DNA of 64,000 nucleotides from the IMG/VR virus record IMGVR_UViG_3300042975_000096. One strand, given 5' to 3'. A model generated the notes under the pieces. The model saw only the letters and a program-made list of their open reading frames with translations. It was not told the origin of the DNA and did no database searches. The stretch's first letter is position 1. Every line of letters begins with the position of its first letter. Source of the DNA: a virus (taxonomy: Duplodnaviria; Caudoviricetes). The translations under genes were made by a program, and so were the position numbers. Below are positions 18,009-29,700 of the stretch, one piece after another.

Positions 18009-19787
18009 TTAGCCCTTTCTGACTATTATATTATCATTTAACGGCGTTTTTGCATGTCTATTAAAAAATCTATCCATATCAAATGATGTTTGTACATTTT
18101 TTGGCATACCAAAATCCTCTGGATTATTCCCTGTGCTTGGTTCGCTATTATTACTCGGTGGTGGTGACGGTCTTGTTGATGGGCTATACTGAAAATCTTC
18201 ATTATCCTTAGAAGGTTTATTTTCTCTAATTGTATCCCCTGTTTCAAAATCAGTAAGAATATTTTTTCCTTCATTTGGAAGCGGACCAGATTTTGGAGCA
18301 TTTTCATCAAATACTGTACCACGCTCTTTTTCAAGATTTCTTTTTTCAGTTTCAGGGTCTAATGACAACATAGGCAATACGGTTGTCATGGATACTAATC
18401 CTTTATCACGCAAATTTTGAATAAAATTCATAACCGACTGATTACTTGTTAAATCTTGTTGTTGCCAAATTATTTTTGGTACAACTAATTCCATTTCCTT
18501 CTTTGCAGCTAAACGACGTTGTTCTTTTTCAGACGTATACCTTGTTGCAATTGCACCATTAACAGGCTTATAGAATCCTTGCACTTCTGCTATTGGTTTA
18601 TATACTTTCTGTCTTATCCATGATTCAAGTCTAAGTCTATAAGACATGTATCTCTTTGCTAATGTATCAAATCCAACTTGTGCATTTGCATAAGCTGAAC
18701 CATCACCATTTAACATGGCTTGTGTTATGCAAAGACCAGTCATTAATTCATTTTGAATAAATTCAAATTCTGTATTTAATGGCAATATTTTTCCTGTCGA
18801 ACCAACATATTCAAAACTCAATCCATAATGATATACTAAGAAAAAGTTCGGGTCATCTTCACCCTCATACAACAAATCCCTAAATGCATCAATATCATCC
18901 TGTGATGGCATTGGCTCTCCCGGTGTACCAATTTTTGCAACTCGTATTGGGAAAATATGTCTATTCGCAATAGCATCTTGTGCCTGTCTTAATTTATCTT
19001 TATAAATTAAAGTTTTAAAGCATCTCATCATTAATGGAGTTCCCCATGATTCATATGGAGATGCTTTATGTGCAATATGGGAAACTAAACGATTATCCAA
19101 AGAAATATTTTTTCCCATTTTAACTTGTGTTAATACATCATCAGGAAATTGTCGATACAAATCTCCAAATTCGCCTGCTGGTCCTCCATTAATAATATTC
19201 AATGTTTGGTCATCAGGAATCAGTTCAATTTGTGGTTCGTTTGCAAATATTGAACTGATTACATTAATGTAATCAGGATTCAACAACGTGAAATTTTCCC
19301 AAATACCTTCTGACTCGTTAAACTGCCCAAACGGAAAAACATCACCAATCTTCCAATATTCCAATCCAATATCCAACAGCAAACTAACTAAATCTATTTT
19401 ATCAAATGCCATATAATCAAAAAATTTTCTAATATACGGGTCACTACAAATATTATTCATATCAGAAATTGGAAATTCTGTATGCAAATCCAATGCTGTT
19501 GCAACAATTGGCTCAGTTCTATAAAAGTGTCTGCACCATTCATTACGCTCACGTCTATCTCTAGGTAGCAACATATTGGTTGCTTGAAATAATGGTTGAT
19601 AAAAGGTAGGATTACCCATAACAACATCTGCTGAAGCACCACGAACTATTTTTTTCCCACTACCATTGCCATTTCTTTTCATTTGTCTTTGTATGTTTTT
19701 CGGCAAATCATTTTTGTTTACAATACTGTTCATTGCCAAATTACCATTTGTATTTCTACTAGCGGTTACTTTATGATTACGTTTCAA
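18009..19787 (-). CDS. Portal protein
   Basis: 592 aa, WCRHFY..EPIVATALDLH..GDVFPF..WGTPL..; upstream of protease and MCP; acidic disordered tail. Confidence 0.75.
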   Translation of the reverse strand: MKRNHKVTASRNTNGNLAMNSIVNKNDLPKNIQRQMKRNGNGSGKKIVRGASADVVMGNPTFYQPLFQATNMLLPRDRRERNEWCRHFYRTEPIVATALDLHTEFPISDMNNICSDPYIRKFFDYMAFDKIDLVSLLLDIGLEYWKIGDVFPFGQFNESEGIWENFTLLNPDYINVISSIFANEPQIELIPDDQTLNIINGGPAGEFGDLYRQFPDDVLTQVKMGKNISLDNRLVSHIAHKASPYESWGTPLMMRCFKTLIYKDKLRQAQDAIANRHIFPIRVAKIGTPGEPMPSQDDIDAFRDLLYEGEDDPNFFLVYHYGLSFEYVGSTGKILPLNTEFEFIQNELMTGLCITQAMLNGDGSAYANAQVGFDTLAKRYMSYRLRLESWIRQKVYKPIAEVQGFYKPVNGAIATRYTSEKEQRRLAAKKEMELVVPKIIWQQQDLTSNQSVMNFIQNLRDKGLVSMTTVLPMLSLDPETEKRNLEKERGTVFDENAPKSGPLPNEGKNILTDFETGDTIRENKPSKDNEDFQYSPSTRPSPPPSNNSEPSTGNNPEDFGMPKNVQTSFDMDRFFNRHAKTPLNDNIIVRKG

Positions 19788-19901
19788 AACTTCTCACCAA
19801 ACTTTCAATAATATATCTACTCTAACAATGATATATTATTACCGACTTATTTTATATTCACAATATATTTCATTTCATTATAATATTATATGATTTTAAA
19901 T

Positions 19902-19934
19902 AAAAAAGAACCACATTTTTTGTGGCTCTTTTTT
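19902..19934. terminator. Intrinsic terminator
   Basis: AAAAAAGAACCACA/TGTGGCTCTTTTTT. Confidence 0.6.
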
Positions 19935-19950
19935 ATGGTTTTAATAAAAG

Positions 19951-22365
19951 TTAAGCAATCGGAGTTGTAGATAATGTACCATCATCCGCAACAACCAATT
20001 TGAATTTCTTTCCACCAGCAGAAGTTAAAACTACATTATCAACTGCATCTGCTTTCTTAGCATAATCACCCAACGTCGTAGTCAAAGAAGTCATGCTAAC
20101 ATAATTACCTAACGTTGTGGTCAACTCTGTTTTATCAACTTTCAATGCCAAATCCGTATTACTAGCTTTCAATGACAAATCAGAAACAGAAGCATAAGAT
20201 TTTAATTTCTCATCTACCTGAGAAGTTGTATATACTGTCGTAGAATCTGCTTTTTTAGCAAGTAAATTATCAGATTCCGTTTTTGTATATACATCAGCAG
20301 AGTTAGCTTTCAAGTCAACTGCACTTACTTGTGCATATTTCAATAAAAGCTTATCCAACTCAATTTTCTGTACATACGCAATCAAATCATCATCGTCAAC
20401 TTTTTTAGCAATCAAATCGACCAATTCTGCTTTATTTCCTTTATTATCCAACTTTGCATCAATATCTGCTTTCGTATAAACTTCAGCTCTATCTGCTTTT
20501 TGTGAATTAACAACATTAATAGAACTCAACGTAGCATAATTTGCAAGTTTAGAATCAATTACTGCCTGAGTATATACCTGAGAATCATCAGCTTTTTGTG
20601 CCAACGCCTTATCAACGTCTGCCGTATTAGCTTTCACATTCAACAACGCATCTGTCTGCAATTTTGTATATCCATCTACAGATTTAATGTAGTCACCCAA
20701 AGCCAACGTAACTTCGTCTTTCTTGATATAAGGATTGAACTTAACGTCAACCTCTGTTTTATCATAAACATCCGCTGCATTTGCTTTTAATGCCAACTTA
20801 TCATCCGTATCTTTTGTATTATAAACATCAGCTACATTTGCTTTTAATGCCAATGCCTTATCAACATCGGAAATAGAATAAACATTTGTTACATCTGCTT
20901 TTTTAAGCAACGTAGTATCTATATCACTTTTACTATAAACATCAACTTTATTCGCGAACTTAGCATCTGCATCAACTTTACTATAAACGTCAGCTACATT
21001 TGCTTTCAAATCAAATGCTTTATCTGAATCAGCCTTTAAATATGAATCTCCAACATTAGCTTTCAATACGAGTGCATCATTAATTTCTGTTTTATTATAT
21101 GTATCAGCAAAATTTGCTTTCAACAATAATGCTCCATCAACTTCTGATTTATTATAAACATCAACAAGGTCAGCTTTCAAACCTAATGCTTTATCAGATT
21201 CAGCTTTTACATATGAATCTCCAACATTAGCTTTTCCTCCCAACAACTTATCGGCTTCTGCTTTTAAATAAGAATCACCAACATTGGACTTGTTAACCAT
21301 CTGCAAATCCATTTCAGATTTCGTATAAACCGTACCAACATTAACTTTTCCTAACAATTTAGCATCAATTTCAGCCTCAGTATAAATAGTATTGACATTC
21401 ATTTTACCAGCCAACATATCATCAACAGCTTTACGATTATACGTATCGCTAACATTAGCTTTCAATGCCATTTGTGAATCAACATCAGACTTAGCATATA
21501 CATCGTCCGTGTTAGCCTTGCTATCGATTTTAGCAAGTCTAGGGTCATTATCCCCCACAGCTACCGGATTAAATGCGTCTACCGGGTCTACAGAGAGTTT
21601 AACAATACCTTTAGTGCTACCTGTTGCTGTTTTCAATGAACCATCCATGTTCAAAGAAGAAATAAAATCATTCCACGTAATACCATCGTTAGTAAATTCC
21701 CAAACTGATTTTTTTTCGTTATAACGAATTCCTACTGCGTTTTCGTCACCACGATTAACTGAAACACCAACATTGGCAAATGGTGAGCCAGTCTGTGCTT
21801 GATTCAAAACAAAATTCGTAGCATTTGTACCTTTTACGTTATCAATTTTGTCATCAACTTTTGTCAAATCAGCATATTCAACCTTTGCATCCAATTTTTC
21901 TTTCAATCCACTAATTGCTGAAATTGGATGGCTATTAGCCAAATCCGTATTTTCCAACAACGCATGGTCACCAGGATATGTACCACTTGCAAGGAATGGA
22001 CGAACATCAAAAACCATATCACTTGTAATTTTCTTACTATTTACACCAAGATAAATAGCAGCTAATGGCAACTGACCTTTTTCGATTTTCGGAAGTTCAG
22101 GATTTCTTGCTGCTGGAACACCATTTGTTACAAACAATGTACCCACTTTATTAATACCAACAATGACCCATTCGTTTCCTGTCGTTGGAGCTTGAATAAC
22201 AGGACTATTACCACCTTCAAACTCAACAATATTCATTCCATCAACGTAGAATGAACCCTCATTAACAGAAACCGTCATGTTTGGGTCTTTTTGAGCAGAC
22301 ACACGTAACTCTTCCATAACTGCACCAATATTTCTATAAGTGCTTCCAGAGACTGGTTTATTCAT
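19951..22365 (-). CDS. Fibre-like virion protein with ~19-aa repeats
   Basis: More than 20 copies of L-K-A-[ND]-x-x-D-[VS]-Y-x-K-x-[ED]-x-D; HPISAISGL motif; N-domain shared with 41477..42505. Confidence 0.7.
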   Translation of the reverse strand: MNKPVSGSTYRNIGAVMEELRVSAQKDPNMTVSVNEGSFYVDGMNIVEFEGGNSPVIQAPTTGNEWVIVGINKVGTLFVTNGVPAARNPELPKIEKGQLPLAAIYLGVNSKKITSDMVFDVRPFLASGTYPGDHALLENTDLANSHPISAISGLKEKLDAKVEYADLTKVDDKIDNVKGTNATNFVLNQAQTGSPFANVGVSVNRGDENAVGIRYNEKKSVWEFTNDGITWNDFISSLNMDGSLKTATGSTKGIVKLSVDPVDAFNPVAVGDNDPRLAKIDSKANTDDVYAKSDVDSQMALKANVSDTYNRKAVDDMLAGKMNVNTIYTEAEIDAKLLGKVNVGTVYTKSEMDLQMVNKSNVGDSYLKAEADKLLGGKANVGDSYVKAESDKALGLKADLVDVYNKSEVDGALLLKANFADTYNKTEINDALVLKANVGDSYLKADSDKAFDLKANVADVYSKVDADAKFANKVDVYSKSDIDTTLLKKADVTNVYSISDVDKALALKANVADVYNTKDTDDKLALKANAADVYDKTEVDVKFNPYIKKDEVTLALGDYIKSVDGYTKLQTDALLNVKANTADVDKALAQKADDSQVYTQAVIDSKLANYATLSSINVVNSQKADRAEVYTKADIDAKLDNKGNKAELVDLIAKKVDDDDLIAYVQKIELDKLLLKYAQVSAVDLKANSADVYTKTESDNLLAKKADSTTVYTTSQVDEKLKSYASVSDLSLKASNTDLALKVDKTELTTTLGNYVSMTSLTTTLGDYAKKADAVDNVVLTSAGGKKFKLVVADDGTLSTTPIA

Positions 22366-22548
22366 CTCAAAATCACCTCAACTATATATTTCTAATTGCA
22401 CGTTATTTGCAAATAACATGAATATTATTAATCCATGCCTATCTTTTAAATATATTTATATATTTTTTTAATATTTATGTTTTGCCCTATAACAATTTAA
22501 CATGTGTAATCATGTTATTGTTTTTTTTATAAAAAAAAGGATGAAAAA

Positions 22549-22935
22549 TCATCCTTTTTTTATCGAAGTTGATATTGCGCTTACAATTGTTCCATCTTGC
22601 ATTTGTAATTCATATACTTGTTTATAATTTTTTTCATATGGGCCATAAATAACTGTCGCTGGCTTTTTTCTATAAACCACATTATCCCCCATAGCAAATT
22701 CTTGCTCATTCTTTTTTTTCTTTTTTATAGTTGTTGCTCTAGTTTTTCTTGTGCTAATATGCGCATCATTTAAACTATCCATAATAGTATCATCATCAAT
22801 ACTCATTTGGTCTTCATGCGTAATTTCTTCGTCTTCATCTTCATCATTCAAATATGATACACGTACTGGTGCTTCTTCATAATCGCTTTCATCATAATCA
22901 TAATTAACATTATTAATACTATGTCTTAATATCAT
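22549..22935 (-). CDS. Acidic protein with C-terminal SH3/KOW-like barrel
   Basis: FAMGDNVVY..ATVIYGPY..YELQ; start at MILRHS after GAGGT SD. Confidence 0.55.
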   Translation of the reverse strand: MILRHSINNVNYDYDESDYEEAPVRVSYLNDEDEDEEITHEDQMSIDDDTIMDSLNDAHISTRKTRATTIKKKKKNEQEFAMGDNVVYRKKPATVIYGPYEKNYKQVYELQMQDGTIVSAISTSIKKG

Positions 22936-23008
22936 TTTTAAATACCTCTCATTTTTTAATCTTCGGCTAAAAAATATATTAATCAATCATATTTATAATA
23001 GCAAAAAC

Positions 23009-23043
23009 AAAAAAACTCACGAATTTTTATTCGTGAGTTTTTT
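23009..23043. terminator. Intrinsic terminator
   Basis: AAAAACTCACGAAT/ATTCGTGAGTTTTT. Confidence 0.8.
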
Positions 23044-23140
23044 CAAAAAAGAAGAGGTTTTGCAATTTGTTTGTTTTGATTTTACGTATCCATATAGGAT
23101 AAGCCAACAAGCAAAATGAAGGTTAAACAAACATCTTACA
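23009..23140 (-). ncRNA. Candidate ~130-nt small RNA
   Basis: Bounded by TTGACT-17-TATAAT promoter and a strong terminator; no convincing ORF or SD; nested stems. Confidence 0.5.
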
Positions 23141-23146
23141 TTTAAT

Positions 23147-23175
23147 ATTATATTATATAATTTATCTTAAGTCAA
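23147..23175 (-). promoter_or_regulatory. Sigma70 promoter
   Basis: TTGACT-17nt-TATAAT on minus strand. Confidence 0.7.
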
Positions 23176-23423
23176 CAACCTCTGCCACTTTTTTATTATC
23201 ATTATTAAACTTAACGTTTGAAAGAACTTCCTTTTGCTTAAGAAAATTCCCTAAATTATCCATTGACATTTCATTTCCGTGCAAAGCACAATAATTCATA
23301 GCATCATTAATAATGTCATCCTGTTGGTTCTACTCCCATCATTTGCAACATTTCTTTAACAGAAGTATTATCATTAACCATTGCGCAAATGTTAGTACCA
23401 TGAATCAAATTAATTTCATTCAT
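23162..23423 (-). CDS. ~86 aa hypothetical protein with one apparent extra base near 23320 (MNEINL...KKVAEVVDLR)
   Basis: AGGTGA SD; removing one G at ACA-GGA-TGA restores a continuous frame. Confidence 0.5.
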
Positions 23424-23442
23424 CTACAATCACCTATCCTAT

Positions 23443-25703
23443 TTACTTTCTTGCAAAAATTTCTTTTGTTTTATTATTAACGGCATATTCCTGTCCACAT
23501 TTTGCACATTTTACGCCAACATAATCACCAATCTGTGCTACTCCTTGCAATGATTTTCTTCTTCACAACAAGGACATACTTGATTCATAAATTCTTCCAA
23601 ATCTTCTGGATTTTCAAGCATGATAACCACATCATCAGGATTGCTATCGTCCTGAATCTCAATAGTATCTTCTTCTGTTTCTGGAGTTTCTTCAACAACC
23701 TCAACATCGTCAGGAGCTTCAACATCCTCTTCAATATCAACAGGTGCATCTACTGTTTCTTCAACCATTGGTTCTTCTGCAATATCTTCGGTTGGCTCTT
23801 CAATTACTTCTTCAACATCATCATTTTCAACAGGAACATCATTTCCAATTGAAAACAACTCGTTCAAAAAGTTTTCATTCAATTTAACTCTATCATTCAT
23901 ATTTGACAAATCAAGTTCATGTTCTTTATCAATAATCTTCTGAGTGTCTTGAGCAGCTTCCTCAAAATGCTTTACTTCTTCATCCTCAGAATGTAAATCA
24001 TAAGCATCATTTGGAGTTTCCGTATGAGCATATTGCTGTTCAGAAAAAGCGATTAATCTTTTGCTCCCATAAATATGGTCTCCCTGTGACCATGAACATG
24101 CTGAATCCCATGCATTTGAAATTGCATCACCAACACTACTTACTGCATCGCCAACACCATTAGCAATATCTTGGAATCCAGTGCTATCACTATTTTCAGA
24201 GTAATCATCTGCTTTTACACTTTTACTATTGGCTTTCAAATTACCAGTTGTATCTGGATTATCATCAACAACTGTCATTTCTCCACCAATACCTGTCCCA
24301 GGGTCTGCATCTGAATCTGGTCCAGGCTCTGAATGACCATGCCCCATACCATCTTCTCCAATACCATCATCAACATTAATTTCACCAATGGCTGATTTAA
24401 TCGTTTTTTCAAGACTGTTAATACGAGCAACTAATTTATTAAAACTAGCTTTTGAAACCATTCTATCATTAACATATTTTGCTGGTAGTGGTTGTGGTCT
24501 TTCATCTTTACCCTCGCCCTTTGATTTACATACGCAAGGATTTTTTCCACAAATAGGACATACTTCTCCAGCTGTTTTCAAACTACCAGTAGTTTCATCA
24601 TCCGAACTTGAATCAGAGGAATCCGAATCAGATGACCCACCATCCATTGGCCCATAATTAAGCAAACTTGGAGCTTCTTGTTTATCAGGATTTCCACTAT
24701 CCATCATTTGATTCTCAATTGGTTCATATCCACCTCCAGGAGTGCCATAACTAAATGCAACCTGTAAACGTTTCTTTGATTTGACTTTTCCTGTCGTACC
24801 ATCAGAACCACTATCATCAGAACCACTATCAGAACTTGAACCATCAGAATCCGTAGCAAAACCGAATCCACCTGCGTTTGGCGGAGTCAATACCTGTTCT
24901 TCAAATGACTGAATGCTACTACCAGGCTTTTCTACACCAAATGCAACATTTTTACGTTTTTTATCATCCTTGATAGAAGCAGATTCGTAATCAATCCCCG
25001 TATCGTCAGGGCCCTCCGGTTTCTCTGGGTCTTCAGGTTCCATTGGCATAGGTTCTCCCGGTTCTTCAGGTTCGCTAGGCTCTTCAGGTTTATCAGGGTC
25101 TTCCATCGGCATATATGCTTTTTTAACGTTTGCTGTGCTTTCATTACTTCCCGGTTCTAATGAATCAACTGACGGCATTCCACTCTCGCCCTCAATGTTT
25201 CCACCGCCATCAACTCCACGAGCAATATTATCATTGTTGATTCCACTATCCATACCAGGAAGTTCTGGAGCCTCTGCTACTTTTTTCAATTCATTTTCAA
25301 AGGAATCATCAATATCAGCCGTTACATCAGCACCAGTATCAACACTTGAATCTTCAATATCCTCATTACCAACAACTGTACGGTCTGCCTCTTTATCATT
25401 TTCTTCCTGATTAGTAGAAGTTTTATCTTCATCCTTATCTTCACAATCAGTAGAATCATTACCTTCAACAGAAGCTACAATTGAATTTTCGTTCAAATAC
25501 TTATTAACATCTTCTACAGTTTTTGCATCATCAATTAAGCTAACTTCGTTACCATAATCATTATACAATACTGCGCCATCTGGATTAAAATTAACATAAA
25601 AAGTTTCATCTTTCCAATTAACTTTTGGCAAATTTTTAACATTAGTTTCGGCAGTAACTTTGTTGTTATACTTAGAAATAAAAGTTTCTAACCACGAAGC
25701 CAT
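23443..25703 (-). CDS. Large acidic low-complexity internal head/core protein; C-terminal Zn ribbon split by an apparent frameshift near 23555
   Basis: Track ORF 23538..25769; other frame continues SLQGVAQIGDYVGVKCAKCGQEY..RK*, completing CPCC..CAKC; many K-x-A/KRL sites; start set at MASWLE. Confidence 0.6.
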
Positions 25704-25828
25704 CTTACCACCATTTTTTTCTATCTTCAATGTTTCTGCACATCCTTTTTTACAATTTTTCAAATTCATTAACCTAAAAATAAAATAAATTTATTTTAAC
25801 TAATTATATTATATTTACTATATTTTAT

Positions 25829-26020
25829 CTAGTTTTGGTCTTGCAATCTCCATTCCATATTATCCATTGGTTCTTCAAACTTATATGGAGTTGTATATTT
25901 ACTATTTTCTATTTCCCCATCATTTAATATTTTGTTTTCATAAGTTTCAAAGTTTAATCCAATCTGCATAGGAATTTCTCTATGTGTTATAGGTCTTGCC
26001 ACTAAACGTTTCATATACAA
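25829..26020 (-). CDS. Small protein with MKRLVA leader
   Basis: GGTGA SD; MYMKRLVARP. Confidence 0.6.
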   Translation of the reverse strand: MYMKRLVARPITHREIPMQIGLNFETYENKILNDGEIENSKYTTPYKFEEPMDNMEWRLQDQN

Positions 26021-26026
26021 TCACCA

Positions 26027-26416
26027 TCAACTATTGGCAAAATCAGAATCACCCAAAAACAAAGGTTTCATCTTCAGTGTCATATCTTGTCCTTTATCTT
26101 TCAAACTATCAATTTTATCTAACACTTGCTGTTTTGTCCTAGCAAAATTTTCAGCAAAATTAACACCCTGTAATGCAAGCATTAATTCACAATATAATTC
26201 AAACGATTTTTCAAAATCGTCACCATCATATAAACTTGAAGTTTCAAATCTATCATGACAAACAATAGAATACATTAACCTATTACCCAACAACCTCACT
26301 GTATATTCATAATACAAACCGGCTTTAGTCATAAATCCATGTAAAGATAATGTTGGTTTCGATGGCATACTAACTGCCAATGTTTTTCTTTTCTTTAATA
26401 CAGTTAATCTTTTCAT
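26027..26416 (-). CDS. Hypothetical protein with MKRL leader
   Basis: ATGA overlap with upstream stop gives MKRLTVLKKRKTLA. Confidence 0.65.
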   Translation of the reverse strand: MKRLTVLKKRKTLAVSMPSKPTLSLHGFMTKAGLYYEYTVRLLGNRLMYSIVCHDRFETSSLYDGDDFEKSFELYCELMLALQGVNFAENFARTKQQVLDKIDSLKDKGQDMTLKMKPLFLGDSDFANS

Positions 26417-26688
26417 CGTCCTATCCACCTCATAGAAGAAGCCCACCACCCAGGAATACCTGGGCGTGGATTTGTATCTAATTGTTCATTTTCATAATCA
26501 ACAACATTTTGAGGATTCAACACAAACGTTTTTGCATCATTGTTATCATGTTGCTTTAATTCAAAATTTTTATCACCTTTTGAATTATCACCATCAAAAT
26601 AACTTCTTTCATTATCTTCTATCATTCTTCGATATTCCATTTCTAAATTATTCATATCAAGTTCAGATAATCTAATCAAACGTTTCAT
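26413..26688 (-). CDS. Small protein with MKRL leader
   Basis: MKRLIRLSE; AAGGA SD. Confidence 0.65.
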   Translation of the reverse strand: MKRLIRLSELDMNNLEMEYRRMIEDNERSYFDGDNSKGDKNFELKQHDNNDAKTFVLNPQNVVDYENEQLDTNPRPGIPGWWASSMRWIGR

Positions 26689-26700
26689 TTAAATCAATCC

Positions 26701-29700
26701 TTAATAATATCTTGTTATTTCTTTGTGAATTTCATCTAATGATAAATAATCAGTTGCTTCTTCAATTTTTTTAATAATCATTTCTTTTTTCTTTGCAGTT
26801 ACTTTGAAATCCTTTTCCATAACATTAAGTTCATCAATATATGAAGCCTTAATATCTTTTAATTGCTCATTCGTTTTACCATCTTCGATATTAGCAATGT
26901 TTTTGCTATCACAATCTTCCACATGATAATCTTTTGGAACAACTTCAGTATTAATTTTCGATTTTCTAAAATTCTTATCTATGGTTTCAGCATCATATGC
27001 TTTCATATTTGAATTATTAATTAATTCTTCTATACCAACTTCACTGGCATATTTATCTGAAGATAATTGAACTAGTTGTTTTTTATCAACAAAATTAGAG
27101 ATAACCTCATCAATATTATCAACATTGATAATATTTTTCAATTTATTAATCAAATTTCTTTTGGAAATAATAACTTTGCCGTATTCTTTATTATCATTAA
27201 ACTTATTGAATGTTTTTGTTGCCGTTGATACATTAAACAAACCATCAATAATGTCTTTACCAAAATGATTAATTAACAATTCAGGATTCAATCTACCTTC
27301 TCGCACATAGCCAAAATCTTGCTTAATTACATTTTTAACTCCATAATCTTTATGATAAAGTGTAACTTCTGCCGTAACATAATTATCTTTTATATTAACG
27401 TTATTAAAAGAAATACATTTAATATTTTTAGGCAATCCACTCAAAAATTGAACTTTAAATTCAGATGCAGTAATTTTCTTTTCTGTCTGCCTTGTATCAC
27501 AATCATCAACATATTCTGCTTCTAATTTTTTATCTTCAACCTTGCTCTTTTTAAGCATGTTTTCTTTTTTTAGGTTTTCATTAACTTTAATATCACAATG
27601 TCTAATAAGCTCTTCAAAATTCATTTCACTGGCATATTTAGTTGATGAAACTTTTGTTATTTTTCCTTCATGTTCTAATTTAGAAATCAATTCATTAATT
27701 TTTTCACAATCAATCAAATCTTTCAGTTTATTGTGAAAATCAGAAGTAGAAATAATAACTTTACCGTGTCTATCTTCACCATTTTCCTTAACATATGATT
27801 TCAATAAATCACTTTGCGCAAACGACTTAGCTAATCTATTTAATGGTATTTCTTTTCCATATACGTCAAAAACAATATTATCATTTTTAATCTTAGCCAT
27901 CAAATTACGTTTACTTGAATTATTGCTTTTCAAAGAAACCGTCATATTAACGTTATCTAACATTTTCAACTCATACGAAGTGATATATGAATCTAACATA
28001 GATTTTACTTTTTTATACAAATTTTTCTTTTGAGCAAAAGCCTCAACTCTCGTATCATTATCAGAAATATACTGTCTCAATAACGCTCTATAAGAAACTT
28101 TATTTCCTTTTTCAAGATTTGCAGTTTTTATATCACTATCGACTTCATAATCACAATTTCTAATTAAATCATCGAATGATAATTTACTAGCATATGTCGT
28201 AGAATTTAATTTCGTTATTTTTTTATCGCACTCTAATTTAGAAATCAATTCATCAATTTGTGATTTTGAAATATAATCACGCAATTTTTCATTAAACATT
28301 GCCTTACTAATAATAATTTTATTTTCTTTTGATAAATCATCATTTTCAATATCATTATCATTTAAATATGCCATCAGTAATTTACTTTTTGAAAACATAT
28401 TAGATAATGCCTGTAATGAAACGTCTTTTCCACCAACATTACATAAAATAGCCCCATCATGAATGCAAGCTGAAACATTTCTTTGTTTCCCATTATTTGT
28501 TTTAAATGATAAAACAAACTTATCAGAACTTAACATTTTTACATCAAAATTTTTAAAATGTTTTTCAACAGCTTCTACAACTTTGTTCTTCTTAAGCTCA
28601 ACGTTTTTTACTGCTAATTTATTTCTTGTATCATTATCTTTGGTTTCATAAGAATAGAATTTATCATCCTGACCAAATTTTGCCTGTGCCAATTTTATCT
28701 GTTTGATTGCTTCGTCAGATAAAAATTCCACATTTAATTTTTTAATTAACTCGTTCAAACTAAATTTACTAGCGTATGTCGTAGAATTTAATTTTGAAGC
28801 TAACTTCTGATTTTCCAATCCCTCTAGCATCAAACCAATATTTTTAGGAGAAATTAAATGTGATAATTTATTTCTAATTGTTTTTGTGCTATAAACATAT
28901 CCACCAGCAATTTGCTTATCCGAACCGTTCAAGTATGCAACAACTTTTTTATCTTCTTCTCCAAATTGATTCATTAACTGTGCCACCGTATAACGCTCAC
29001 AATTATTATCTTCAATATAATTTAATTTTGAAACTTTCTCCTTATTAATCGAAAAATCAAAATTAAACGTGTCTCTAATGTTGTTATGCATAATTTCAGC
29101 GGTAACAAATAATTTATCCATATCTCGTGATGCACGAACTATTTGCGTAACTGAAAAAGTCTTATTCAAAATATTTGAAGCTTCTAATGCCAATCTATTA
29201 GCAGATTTATTTTCATAACTACCTTTAGCAACTTTATTCGCAACAAATTCTAAAGAGTGATTCTCTTCCCCTGCAAATTTTTCTTTTGTATCAGGAAATA
29301 AATAATTCAAATCATATGTTGAAGCATATTCATTACTGCCAACAGCAACAATATTACCTTCCTCAATATTTTTATTGATAAGTTTCTTAGCTAATTCCAA
29401 TCTGTTATTGCAACGTTTTAATATTTCGTATCTTGTCATAACCGTATATTTAAATGTTGCTTTTTTTACTTTAGTTGATTTTTTCAAATCAATATTTTTT
29501 ACATCCTCAATGGAATCTTGAACACCTGCAATACTAAATGGATATTCATTTACCATATCTGCAATACACGTTTTAAATAATGGTTTATTAACAATATTTC
29601 CGTCAGTTTCCTCATATTCAAATGTATAATCCATTGGATTGTTTTCAAAATTAACTGCAATTTTAACCTTACCGTTTTTAGCTTCTGCTTTAGCTTGATA

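Noticed and set aside
23538-23560. Programmed ribosomal frameshift producing the Zn-ribbon extension
   Set aside because: No canonical X-XXY-YYZ slippery site, and several similar indels elsewhere point to assembly error
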